From a virus, in the IMG/VR virus record IMGVR_UViG_2915168811_000001: a stretch of 64,000 nt of DNA. One strand, given 5' to 3'. The notes under the pieces are model-generated. The model saw only the letters and a list, made by a program, of their open reading frames with translations. It was not told the origin of the DNA and did not search any database. The translations under genes were made by a program, and so were the position numbers. Shown here one piece after another: positions 45,682 to 55,370 of the stretch (within the stretch, counting starts at the first letter, position 1; the number at the start of each line of letters is the position of its first letter).

Positions 45682-48600
45682 CTACTCCAAGCCGAACAGC
45701 GCTGCGAGTGACTGTCCATCCGGGGCTGGGACTGCTGCGGACGCGGGTGTCGATGCTGGAAGAGCTGACTCCACCTGCTGCGGCCGTGCCGGCATCTGCG
45801 GCGCAACCTCGTCCACGCGCTCGATCGCCACTGGTTCATGGTCGGCGGTGAGTGCCGGAACCGCTTGGAGGTAGGGAACAGGGTGGCGAGTCTCTGGGAC
45901 TGTTTCGGTGACGATCGCCTCTCCCGCGATCATCGGCACGAGCGCGAGCGCGCCTTGCATCCGCGGTGCGCTGTGCGGTGCAGGCAAGCTGGGCCCGCCC
46001 TGAGTAGCACCAGCAGTGTACGTGCTCGACGGTGACAGCGAGGGGTCAGCCTGCGTTCGCGACGTGCTGGGGAACTCCGGGGGAGTCCCATCGACGGTTT
46101 CGGTGACGAACACTGACTGCGCGTCTCCGGCAGGCTCAGGAGCCTTCTGTGCGAGGGTGAAGTCGATGCGCGGGAACGACGAGCCGGGCATGCCGCCGGA
46201 CGGCGTCAGATCCACGGGGATGGGGTAAATGCCGCGCACGGTGATTTCGCGGCGCGTCACTTCCTCCTCTACTTCCTGGTCGTTCTCATCAACGGAGTAC
46301 AGCGTGAAGGAGCGCGTGGCGACCTTGCCGTACAGCACAACAGGGAATCCGGTCTGGGGAATGCTGCCGGATTCCTTCGCCTGCGCGCGGTCCTGCTCCC
46401 ACATGACGCCCTCGAGCGATCCCGATGCGTCCTGAATTTCTATGCGAGCAAGGACGCCTTTTGAGTAGGCCTTCTCTTCGAACGCTGCCAGTACGCCGGA
46501 GACGTACACAATCGAGCCGTCCGTGAAATCCATGCCGTTGAGCTCACCAACCGGGATCGCTGTCGGGGCGTGAAACCCGCCCTCGTGCGTCGATGGGTGC
46601 ACCCATGAGGACAGAGCCGACTGAATGTCGTCACGCACACGGGTGTCGAGGGTCATCAGCAGGCGGTCGGCCTGGCGGACACCAAGCTCCACGGAGGCGT
46701 ACTCCATGTCTGGGATGATTGCGCCGGGCTGCGTCAGCGCGCGCGCGGCGAAGCGCATACCCATCCGCGGGCCGAAAGCATCGCAAGCACCGGATTCAAT
46801 GAGCGCGTCCACTCTGTTTGTCGCCAGTGGTTTGCTGGCCTCACCAGTGGTCACACGGGTCAGCAGATCCGCGAGCGAAGTGAAGATCCCTCCTCGCTCG
46901 CGCTCGCGGATCAGATCCTCGGCGACATCGCCGAACCCCTTGATCTCCGCGAGCCCGATGCGCACAGCATCAGTCCCGTCGGGGAGTGTCGCGAACGAAG
47001 AAATATTCACGTCCGGAGGCAAGATCTCCATGCCTTCGCCGAGCAGCGCGCGCATCGCTGCGAGGCGTTTATCCTTCTTGTCGGCTCCAGTGACCGACAG
47101 GGTCGCGGCACCGTAGTGGCCGGGGTAGTTCGCCTTCAGGTAGGCGGTGTAGTACGCGACAAGGGCGTACGCGATCGAGTGAGATTTGTTGAATAGGTAC
47201 TCGGCGCTGCCTCGCATTGCGTCCCAGACCCGTTCAGCGGTCTGCCGTGAGAACACCGGCGAAATAAGCTCGTCGTCGGGGCTCCGGAACTCCTGTTCGG
47301 CGTCTCGCATGAAGCGACCGCCGACTTCGATCATGAGCTGCTCGTTCTTCTTCGAGACTGCCTTGCGGAGCTTGGAGCGCCAAACGTCATCGAAGCCGGC
47401 TACGACCCGACCCAGTTGCATGATTTGCTCCTGGTATACGAAGACGCCGTAGGTCTTGCCCATTACCTTGTCGAGCCACTGCGCCTCGACCGGGTTGCTT
47501 GTCAGGTAGTCGTAGGAAACGACCTCGCGGCCGTGCTTACGGTCCGCATATTTCGTGTGCATGCCGGCGGACAGCGGGCCAGGGCGAAACAGGGCGACGA
47601 CCGCGGACAGCTCTTCGAGCGTATCCGGGGCGACGTCCTCAAGCAGTCGGGTCATCGCAGCGCCTTCGAGCTGGAACACGCCAGCGGTGCGGCCGTCCCG
47701 CAGCATCTCGAACGTCTTCTGGACGCGAGCATCGTTCTGGTGAATGTCAGGGTCTGGGAGGCCGTAGAGGTCAAGGTGCTCGCCGTTGAATTGCTCAACC
47801 AGCTCCATCGCGATGTCAGCCATGTCGAGGTTGCGGATCGCGAGCACATCGAACTTCACAAGCCCGAACTCTTCAATGTCGTGGTGATCCCACTCCGTCA
47901 CCCACCGGAAGCGGTCGGAGGAGCCTGGTTTCGCCCAGCGCATCGGGATCAGGTCGGTCAGCGGCTCGGGGGAGATGATCACACCGGAGGCGTGGATGCC
48001 CTGTTTGTCGGATACCTCGTAGAACTCCTGCAGCAGGGTGAGCACCTGGTCGATGTGGGCGATCTTGTTCGCGGCGGCCCAGAACTCCGTGAGGCGGGGG
48101 TCGTCGCTTCCAGCGATCAACTCCACGGCGGTGAGGTCGCTCGGGATCAGCTTGGACAGCCGGTCCGTGACCGAAGTGGGCTCGCCGAGCACCCGCATCG
48201 CAGCTTTCCATGCGCCGCGGATCAACGGACGCCCGACGCTGCCGATCTGAGCAACGCAGTCCTCACCCCACAGCTCGGCCAGGTGCAACAGCACAGCCTG
48301 CTTGTGGCGGGACTCGAAGTCGACGTCAATATCAGGCAGCTCCGCCCGTCCGGGCTCCAGGAATCGCTCGAACAGCAGCCCGTACGTGATCGGGTTGACC
48401 TGGGTGATGCCGAGCAGGTAGGCGACGAATGAACCTGCGGCGGATCCGCGGCCGGGGCCGACGAGGAAATTCTGGCTGCGGGCCCAGCTGATCATCTCCT
48501 CCACGATCAGGAAGTAGTCGACGAACCCCATCGAAACGATCACACTGAGCTCTTCGTTGAGTCGCGCTCGCTCCGTCAGACCCAGGCCGGAAGGGAAGTG

Positions 48601-49860
48601 GCGCTCAATGCCGATGTTCAGGAGGTGGCGAAGATATTGGGTGTCACGTTCGAAGCCTTCGGGGACAGGGAATTTCGGCAGTCGAATCTGAGGCGCCGGC
48701 ATGATGTCTGCGTCGACTCGTTCTGCAACAAGCAGCGTGTTTCGGCACGCTTGCGTCCACCAGTCCTCGTCGACGAGCGCCTCCATCTCAGCGGCGTCTC
48801 GCAGATGGTAGCCCGTGCCGTGGAATGAGAACTTCGGGTTGTCGAGCGTGGATTTCGTGCGGACAGCGAGCCACGCAGCGTGCGCGACCCGGTCCTCATC
48901 CTTGGTGTGGTGGGCGTCATTCGTCGCGACGACCATCAGTTCGTACTCTTCCGCAAGCGCGCGCAGAGCGGGAAGCGTCGCCCGTTCGTCCTCATTGCCG
49001 TGGTCCATGACCTCGACGTACACGTTCTCTTTGCCGACAGCTGCGATCAGCTTCTCGACGTTGGTGCGGGCACGGTGGCGTTCGTAGTCCACCTGGCTGG
49101 CAAGCTCGGCGACAGCCAGGACCGTGCTGCCGGGGGCGAGCATTGCGGTGAGTTCTTCGTGGCGCCGGTCCATCTCGCTCTCAGCATCCCTGAGGCTTGA
49201 TTCGTCGCAGTCTTCCTGCGAGCTGAGCGCGTTGAAAATCTTCAACGCCATCGTGTACTCGGCGCCGACGGTGATCGGGTCGAGCTCGTCTGTTCCCGGC
49301 AGCATGAGCGCGCGCATCTGCGCCTCAGCGTCCATGGCGCGTGAGAGGGGGCCGAACACCGGTCCGCCGATGCAGCCGGTCAGAACCATCAGGCCTTCGC
49401 CGTGCTCGGCGAGTAGGTCGTAGTCGATCAGCTTCGCGCGGCCGGAGGTGTTCTTGGATGACTCGTTCTGCAGCCGCACGAGGTTGTGCCAGCCGGCGCG
49501 GTTGCGCGCCAGGATTGTCAGGTGCTCGTAGGTGCGCGACTTCGTGGCGGACTTCTGGGCTGCCGAGTCAGCGTCGCCTTCAGATGCGCCGTCATCTTTC
49601 GTGACGAAAATCTTGTCGCGGTCGTGACGTGATCCAATGGCGACATAGGCCTCGAGGCCGGGGATCAGGGACACCCCAGTTCGCTTTGCGTGCTTCGCTG
49701 CCTGCCACATACCCATGAGGTCGCCATGGTCCGTGACAGCTACAGCGGGGGCGCCCTGCGCGGCAGCGGTCTCGAACAAGTCACCCATGCGGATGAGTCC
49801 GTCGAGCATCGAATACTCGGTGTGCACGTGCAGGTGAACAAAGCTCACGGGTGTCTCCAA
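45682..49860 (-). CDS. dnaE: DNA polymerase III alpha subunit
   Basis: HLHVHTEYSMLDG PHP, GPGRGSAAGS, PDIDVDF, IHASGV, FRPGP, FNKSHS; probable start GTG 49848. Confidence 0.95.
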   Translation of the reverse strand: METPVSFVHLHVHTEYSMLDGLIRMGDLFETAAAQGAPAVAVTDHGDLMGMWQAAKHAKRTGVSLIPGLEAYVAIGSRHDRDKIFVTKDDGASEGDADSAAQKSATKSRTYEHLTILARNRAGWHNLVRLQNESSKNTSGRAKLIDYDLLAEHGEGLMVLTGCIGGPVFGPLSRAMDAEAQMRALMLPGTDELDPITVGAEYTMALKIFNALSSQEDCDESSLRDAESEMDRRHEELTAMLAPGSTVLAVAELASQVDYERHRARTNVEKLIAAVGKENVYVEVMDHGNEDERATLPALRALAEEYELMVVATNDAHHTKDEDRVAHAAWLAVRTKSTLDNPKFSFHGTGYHLRDAAEMEALVDEDWWTQACRNTLLVAERVDADIMPAPQIRLPKFPVPEGFERDTQYLRHLLNIGIERHFPSGLGLTERARLNEELSVIVSMGFVDYFLIVEEMISWARSQNFLVGPGRGSAAGSFVAYLLGITQVNPITYGLLFERFLEPGRAELPDIDVDFESRHKQAVLLHLAELWGEDCVAQIGSVGRPLIRGAWKAAMRVLGEPTSVTDRLSKLIPSDLTAVELIAGSDDPRLTEFWAAANKIAHIDQVLTLLQEFYEVSDKQGIHASGVIISPEPLTDLIPMRWAKPGSSDRFRWVTEWDHHDIEEFGLVKFDVLAIRNLDMADIAMELVEQFNGEHLDLYGLPDPDIHQNDARVQKTFEMLRDGRTAGVFQLEGAAMTRLLEDVAPDTLEELSAVVALFRPGPLSAGMHTKYADRKHGREVVSYDYLTSNPVEAQWLDKVMGKTYGVFVYQEQIMQLGRVVAGFDDVWRSKLRKAVSKKNEQLMIEVGGRFMRDAEQEFRSPDDELISPVFSRQTAERVWDAMRGSAEYLFNKSHSIAYALVAYYTAYLKANYPGHYGAATLSVTGADKKDKRLAAMRALLGEGMEILPPDVNISSFATLPDGTDAVRIGLAEIKGFGDVAEDLIRERERGGIFTSLADLLTRVTTGEASKPLATNRVDALIESGACDAFGPRMGMRFAARALTQPGAIIPDMEYASVELGVRQADRLLMTLDTRVRDDIQSALSSWVHPSTHEGGFHAPTAIPVGELNGMDFTDGSIVYVSGVLAAFEEKAYSKGVLARIEIQDASGSLEGVMWEQDRAQAKESGSIPQTGFPVVLYGKVATRSFTLYSVDENDQEVEEEVTRREITVRGIYPIPVDLTPSGGMPGSSFPRIDFTLAQKAPEPAGDAQSVFVTETVDGTPPEFPSTSRTQADPSLSPSSTYTAGATQGGPSLPAPHSAPRMQGALALVPMIAGEAIVTETVPETRHPVPYLQAVPALTADHEPVAIERVDEVAPQMPARPQQVESALPASTPASAAVPAPDGQSLAALFGLE

Positions 49861-49897
49861 TCACGCTGACCTGTGGTGGCCGGGGCGTCGTACATTC

Positions 49898-49909
49898 AGT
49901 GATGCGCGG
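49898..49909 (-). promoter_or_regulatory. Class A motif CCGCGCATCACT
   Basis: In the gap upstream of dnaE. Confidence 0.8.
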
Positions 49910-49926
49910 CGCCCCGGCAATTCGGG

Positions 49927-52900
49927 TTAATCGCTGATCGAGCCGACGATTGATTCGAGCGGAACCAGCACCCCGCGCACACGCCCCTTCCCCATCGAGA
50001 CTCGCTGGGCGTAGGAGCGCGCAGCGGTCTGAGACTCGCCGGAAGGTGCTACTGCGAGACCTTCAGCAATCGCTGCCCGCCACGAACCCTCAGCCTTTTG
50101 GCCGTGAGGAACCTGCGCGGGGTAGTGGCGCTGCGCGAGCTGGAAGGCGTTCGAAGAGTTGAAGACGGCGTATTTCCCGTGGTCGAGGTTGCCAGCGAAG
50201 CCGATGCTCTCGCCACGACTGGTCCAGTCTCCGCGAACGATCTCCCAGCCCAGTGCGCGGTTGATCGCTTCATGCTCCTGGCCGATGAACGGTGGAATTC
50301 CGGGCTGGTTCGGGTTCGCCAGGTGGCCCTTTCCGCCGGCGAGGGCGTCGGACAGGGCATGCATCAGGCTTGCACCGTTCTTCTTCTCCGTCAGCACCTT
50401 GAGTTGCTCAGAAGCCATGTCGAGCATTTCAAGCGTCACGTTGAAGAAGCCGGGGATGCTGGAATACCCGCTACGGGTCTTCTCATAGTTACTAGGGACG
50501 CCGAGAGACAGAGCCAGCATGCTGTTCTTGTCGCCGCCGGACCATTCGTACAGGCGCCGCATGTAGTCGAGCACCAGTACGACTTCGGATACCAGCTGGA
50601 CGCGACGATCCGAAGCGCCCTTCGCGAGGCCGTAGTGTTCCGTGAGGTGCTGCGTCATGCGGTGACGCACGTTTTTCAGGACCCCATCGAGGTTCTCGAT
50701 CTTCTCTAGCCAGGTGGTGGAGACACCAACGCGGCCGACGTTCTGATGCTTCTGATACCAGAACCGGACCATTGCCCCGGCGACTCGAGACAGGGCGAGC
50801 GTGTCTAGGGCTTCCGAAATCAGCGCCTTCGAGGCTTTGTCGTCGATGATGCCGCTTTCAAACTTCAGCTCCAGTACCCGCTCGAGCACGGAGGTTGACG
50901 TCAACCCGTTCTCTGCGGTGATGGCGAGCATGGCGCGGGGCTGCCCGGACTTGGCCAGCCCACCGTCTTTCGTCCCTCGCTGCCGGCTGGAGTCGTTGAA
51001 CACTGATCGCACGATGGACTCCATGCCAGCTTCTGCGTTCACGGCTGCGGACTGGGAGACAGACGGGGCCAAGTCGTCAGCTACCCACATGCCGCCGCCG
51101 CACACCGACATGATTTTCTCCAGCGCGAACGCGGTCGAAGAGGCCGAGCCGGGGAGGTGCTGTGCACTCCACATCCCAGGGCGTGACTGCCAGGCCGCCA
51201 TAGCCATAGCGATCGAGTACGACTTACCGGAACCAGGGGTTCCCGAAAGGTACAGCGGGACGCCCGGACGCTTCGGGAGCGTGGTGCGAAGTGCTGAGGC
51301 GAGCAGGACGATGCCGTACTCGCGGTGGTTCTTCCACACCCCGGTCTCGAGGAAGTGATGGTAGACCTGCTCGATGTCCGCTTTGACCTGTGCGCGGTAC
51401 TGCGCGAGACCGCTTTCGCTCAGTTCGCCGGCGCCGGAGGGGTCAACCAGATCCCACCAATTGTCAGCGACACCGAAGTCGAACACGTTCGGCAGAACGG
51501 CGTCGTCTACGCCGAGGCCTGTTGACAACTCACTATCTCGGGTCGGACCGAGCACCTGGTGGCCAATGACGTACACCGGATCGCCGTTCGCGCACGGCAC
51601 CCAGCCGGTCGCGCCCCAGGACCGCTTCGATGTCCAGTCGATGCCGGAGTTGCGCTTGATCGCCTGCACCCAGGACACCGCCTCCTTGCCCTGCGGCGGC
51701 CAGGAAGGGTGCATGGTGAGCTTCGGCGGGAGAGACGACTGCACCTCCTTCGTCCAGCGATCCGGGGTCGAGTTCAGCATCGCTGTTTCGATCTCCAGCG
51801 TCACTGACTCCTGTTCGCCAGTGAACTCGCTCCGCCAACTCAGCACAAGATTCGCGCGCTGCGTGACCTGGCGATCCTCCGACGGGTGGATGCGGCCCTG
51901 GCGGACTTCTTCCAGCGTGGGAGTGCGGTTCACCGTAATTGACGTGACGACGCCGCCAATCGGGATCATCGGCTGCCAGGTGTTTCCGAACTGGCCGGAG
52001 ACGAACTGTTCGGTCGACAACCCATCGGCGCTCACCCGCCAGTCGCCGATCCGGTAGCCGTCATCATTCGCCTCGGGTCGGACCGGAAGTTCCGTGTCGA
52101 CGTAGCTCAGCAGTGTCTCCAGCGTGCCGACATGGGACAGGTAGTCGTCTACACCGAGGGCAACCACCTTCCCGTCAACGGTCTGCCCAACGTTGCGGAA
52201 CTTCTCAGTGGCGGCGATCTCCATGCGCGCGGCCGCGGATCCGAGCGCCAGAATACGCGGGTGGGCCCCACGGTCGGAAAGGTAGCTCCACAGCTTCTCC
52301 GCTTCCCGCCACACATTAGGGTTCGACTTCACGTCACCGTCGAACGCAATCGTGACCGTCCGGCCCTGCACTGAGAGAGTCGCGAACTGCGCGGTGTTCC
52401 ATGACTGGACTCCTGACGCAGAAACGGGGGTGATGCGCTTCTCCACCGGGACCCGATCGAACAGCGCGCGCAACAGAGCGAATCCAGTGCTGCGGGCCCA
52501 ACTGTCGATGTCACCTCGAGCCACTGAGGGAAGCCCAAGCTCAGCTTCGGTGACGCCTGCGTCGAGGAGCAGGGCCGTGACGAGGGCGTCCTCTTTCAGT
52601 GTCCCTTCGGTGATCATGATGCGTTGGGCGGAGTCCACCCACGCTTTAGTGAATGCAGGGTGCAGAGAGACGAACGTGCCGGCGTCCTTCGGGAAGACGT
52701 ACTTCATCGTCTTCCCGTCCTTTACCCGGGGGTTCTCAGGACGGACCTGGTTCGACGAAGGCCAGGCTGGGCTGTCTGTTTCTGAGTCGAGCACGCCGGC
52801 GAGTGAGAAGATCGGCATCACCATGACGTCCCCGCCGTCCCGGAACAGCGACTGAACCTCTGGGGCTTTGAACGGGACAGCTACTTTCTTCCCGAAGCTT

Positions 52901-53061
52901 GAGTAGTCGGCGAGCTCTTTCGCCGGTTTCGTGTTCTCGCCGCTCGAGAATGAGCGGTAGCCACGGACCGCGGCGACCAGAGGGGCCACCTGGCTGTCCG
53001 CTAGCTTCGCGGCGCCGGAGCCAAACACGAACGGGAAGTAGTCGTCAGGGGTGAACGTCAT
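49927..53061 (-). CDS. Primase-helicase-like protein (Toprim/DUF3854-like N-terminus, P-loop C-terminus)
   Basis: IMITEGTLKED, IAFDGDVKSNPNV, GVDDYL; GTPGSGKS, VADD. Confidence 0.7.
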   Translation of the reverse strand: MTFTPDDYFPFVFGSGAAKLADSQVAPLVAAVRGYRSFSSGENTKPAKELADYSSFGKKVAVPFKAPEVQSLFRDGGDVMVMPIFSLAGVLDSETDSPAWPSSNQVRPENPRVKDGKTMKYVFPKDAGTFVSLHPAFTKAWVDSAQRIMITEGTLKEDALVTALLLDAGVTEAELGLPSVARGDIDSWARSTGFALLRALFDRVPVEKRITPVSASGVQSWNTAQFATLSVQGRTVTIAFDGDVKSNPNVWREAEKLWSYLSDRGAHPRILALGSAAARMEIAATEKFRNVGQTVDGKVVALGVDDYLSHVGTLETLLSYVDTELPVRPEANDDGYRIGDWRVSADGLSTEQFVSGQFGNTWQPMIPIGGVVTSITVNRTPTLEEVRQGRIHPSEDRQVTQRANLVLSWRSEFTGEQESVTLEIETAMLNSTPDRWTKEVQSSLPPKLTMHPSWPPQGKEAVSWVQAIKRNSGIDWTSKRSWGATGWVPCANGDPVYVIGHQVLGPTRDSELSTGLGVDDAVLPNVFDFGVADNWWDLVDPSGAGELSESGLAQYRAQVKADIEQVYHHFLETGVWKNHREYGIVLLASALRTTLPKRPGVPLYLSGTPGSGKSYSIAMAMAAWQSRPGMWSAQHLPGSASSTAFALEKIMSVCGGGMWVADDLAPSVSQSAAVNAEAGMESIVRSVFNDSSRQRGTKDGGLAKSGQPRAMLAITAENGLTSTSVLERVLELKFESGIIDDKASKALISEALDTLALSRVAGAMVRFWYQKHQNVGRVGVSTTWLEKIENLDGVLKNVRHRMTQHLTEHYGLAKGASDRRVQLVSEVVLVLDYMRRLYEWSGGDKNSMLALSLGVPSNYEKTRSGYSSIPGFFNVTLEMLDMASEQLKVLTEKKNGASLMHALSDALAGGKGHLANPNQPGIPPFIGQEHEAINRALGWEIVRGDWTSRGESIGFAGNLDHGKYAVFNSSNAFQLAQRHYPAQVPHGQKAEGSWRAAIAEGLAVAPSGESQTAARSYAQRVSMGKGRVRGVLVPLESIVGSISD

Positions 53062-53104
53062 GGTGATGCTTCTTTCTGGAAACGATAGTTTCGGGGGTCA
53101 CCAC

Positions 53105-53116
53105 AGTGATGCGCGG
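53105..53116 (-). promoter_or_regulatory. Class A motif CCGCGCATCACT (one arm of an inverted repeat)
   Basis: Upstream of the primase-helicase; paired with CCGCGCATCA at 53136. Confidence 0.8.
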
Positions 53117-53167
53117 TACAGACCCGTTTTAGGGTCCGCGCATCAGCTGGGCGGGGAGGGGTAAGCG

Positions 53168-54046
53168 CTAGGCGTATTCGCGCTGAGCGGCGGCGAACAC
53201 GCCCACCTCTTCGGAGATGATGGCCAGTGCCGCCTTCGCCTCCGCTTTCCGGCACTGCGTTGCGTTGCAGAGCGCCATGACCCCTGGGGTGCTTCCCTCG
53301 AAGACGCATCGCATCCATGCGATCGCGCAGCGCATCAGCACCTTGTCTCCCGGGTATGAGTCACGCAAATGCGAGGTGAACGCACGCACCGCTTCATCGA
53401 GCTCCGCTCGAATGAAAGGCTGCTCGGCGGCTGGATCCTCCATGTCGAACTTCTCGGAACCGTCTTCGTAGCGCTCCGAAGTGGACAGAGGATCGATGGG
53501 TGCGAAATCTGCCTCTGACAGGATCATCCCGCTGCGAGCGGCGTCTTTGCGCCGGGCGATCATGCGCTCGTTTACATGCTCGATGACTTCAGCGTCCGTT
53601 GCATCCTCGCCGGTGAGTGCGCGCAGCTCAGCCCGCCCCTTCACGATCTGCTTCTTTCGTCGAACCACTCCGGTGAGCTCCGTCATCCCGGTCCGAGCGC
53701 CGGACTCCTGGTAGACCATCACCGCATACCGTGCGCAGCCGTAGAGGTGCGGGATGTAGAGCGCGCGAATCTTCTCCACTTGCGGGGCGGTCACTCCGAC
53801 CAACCATTCGTACACGGTGAGGTTGACGATCTGCGCGACATCGCTGCTTTCATCCACCAGCTGATAGCGGCGCGCCAGGGAGAGCGACCACTTCTTCAGG
53901 ACGTCAGTGTCCTGAAGATGCCGGATGGCGACTTCCGCGAGCTTTCGTCTGCCGATGTCTCCTTCCGGCAGGGATGCGATCGGAGCGATCAGGTCCCCGA
54001 GCTTCTGGTTCTGGGTCGCGGCGTCGACGTTCACGAAGACGGTCAT
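53168..54046 (-). CDS. Sigma-70-family (group 3-like) factor
   Basis: Region 2-like LARRY...DVAQ...HLYGCARYAV; region 3-like ELRALTGEDATDAEVIEH; degenerate C-terminal HTH; RBS AAGGAG before ATG 54046. Confidence 0.6.
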   Translation of the reverse strand: MTVFVNVDAATQNQKLGDLIAPIASLPEGDIGRRKLAEVAIRHLQDTDVLKKWSLSLARRYQLVDESSDVAQIVNLTVYEWLVGVTAPQVEKIRALYIPHLYGCARYAVMVYQESGARTGMTELTGVVRRKKQIVKGRAELRALTGEDATDAEVIEHVNERMIARRKDAARSGMILSEADFAPIDPLSTSERYEDGSEKFDMEDPAAEQPFIRAELDEAVRAFTSHLRDSYPGDKVLMRCAIAWMRCVFEGSTPGVMALCNATQCRKAEAKAALAIISEEVGVFAAAQREYA

Positions 54047-54063
54047 GTTCTTGCTCCTTGTGT

Positions 54064-54447
54064 TCACAGGGCGGGCTTGTGAGTGAGGGGGAAGCCGGGC
54101 CATGGCGGGCCGTGCGGCTTGATGAGGTTTGAGAAGGCGACGAGGCGACGTCCGCACGCGCGCGAGTCGATGAGCCAGCCGACTGAGAGCCGGGACGCGC
54201 TCATGGAGGTCGGGCAGACCAGCGCGAGTTCCCGAACGAGCTGCTTGCGTCGGCGTTCTCCCCAGCCGTGCTGGGTGGCCATCAGACGGCGGATTGTGAT
54301 TGCGCGCAGCGGGGCGCCGTCCGGGCCGGCGGCGTACGCGATCAGGTCAGCGACCGAGGCGAGCCCTTCGGAGAGGGAGATCAGCCAGTCGCCGCGGGTG
54401 CGGTTAGCAACCGCGCGAGCGGCTGTGAGATCTGCGGCGACAGTCAT
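54064..54447 (-). CDS. mIHF-like (H2TH) nucleoid-associated protein
   Basis: AARAVANRTRGDWL..LSEG..SVADL...ITIRRLM...GWG aligns with the actinobacterial IHF pattern. Confidence 0.55.
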   Translation of the reverse strand: MTVAADLTAARAVANRTRGDWLISLSEGLASVADLIAYAAGPDGAPLRAITIRRLMATQHGWGERRRKQLVRELALVCPTSMSASRLSVGWLIDSRACGRRLVAFSNLIKPHGPPWPGFPLTHKPAL

Positions 54448-55370
54448 GCCGCGGCGTCCTCTTCGAAGAGAAGGTCTTGCATCTCCTCGGCGACACTGAA
54501 TGACGCTGCGTTGACGCTCGCGTCAACCGTCAGGGAGCGAAGGATCCGCTCGTCGGAGAGTCCAGAGCGTTCCGGATACCGGTCCTTCCAGACCTTCTTG
54601 ATCGCTTCGCTTGACGTGTTGGCGCCGAGCTCGCGGTGGATGAGGCGAATAGAGCGCCCGAACGTGGGGTCACCGATCGCGCGGCGAACTGAGCTCTCGA
54701 GGGCTGACTCGGCGTTGCGAACGATGTACGTGACGCGGTCACCGACCGTGCTGGGAAGGTCTCCGACGGCGCGCTCGACGATGATCGGGAAGAGCACTTT
54801 GCGCTTGCGGTCGATGTCGCCGAGGAGGAAGTCATCGGCGAGCGATTCCTGCTCGACGGAGTCGATGACTCCGCTGCCACCCAGGGTGCCTTCGCTGATT
54901 TCAGCTGCGACCTTCTTCGACGCGATGCCAAGGAGGTGCACGACGTACGGGCGGAATAGTTCTGAGAGCTCCCACTGGGACCTGACACCGACCTGCTTGA
55001 TGCGCTCGATCTCGCGGGCAAGAACTCGCGGAGTGCGAAAACGTGCGATACGAAGGTCGATCGAATCGGTCGGCTCGGCGCGCGTGTGCAGGCGCACTTG
55101 GCCAGACTGCGGACCGACGTATCGGTCTGCGTGCCGCCAGGTCGCCTCGAGCTCTTCCCCATCCACGAGCGCGCCGACAAGAGGGACATCCCACGTGATC
55201 GCCACGTTCGTGTCCCGCAGGAACAGCGGGAGCGCGTAGAGAAAACCCGGCGCCGGCGAGTGCACTGTCGCGGTGACCTCGGCGGCTGACCGTGCGTGAC
55301 GGATGTCGGTGAGAAGAGCACTGCATTCCTTGGAGCTCGGGGCGAACGCACCGGCGTATGGGCGGCTCAT
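54444..55370 (-). CDS. Second sigma-like protein, apparently lacking region 4
   Basis: ELSELFRPYVVHLLGIASKKV (region 2.1-like); SIRLIHRELGANTSSEAI (region 3-like); weaker resemblance than 53168. Confidence 0.4.
   Translation of the reverse strand: MSRPYAGAFAPSSKECSALLTDIRHARSAAEVTATVHSPAPGFLYALPLFLRDTNVAITWDVPLVGALVDGEELEATWRHADRYVGPQSGQVRLHTRAEPTDSIDLRIARFRTPRVLAREIERIKQVGVRSQWELSELFRPYVVHLLGIASKKVAAEISEGTLGGSGVIDSVEQESLADDFLLGDIDRKRKVLFPIIVERAVGDLPSTVGDRVTYIVRNAESALESSVRRAIGDPTFGRSIRLIHRELGANTSSEAIKKVWKDRYPERSGLSDERILRSLTVDASVNAASFSVAEEMQDLLFEEDAAA

Noticed and set aside
45682-49860. Intein in DnaE (also checked LigA and the helicases)
   Set aside because: No C/S-start and HN-end splice junctions or LAGLIDADG motifs seen at the insertions.
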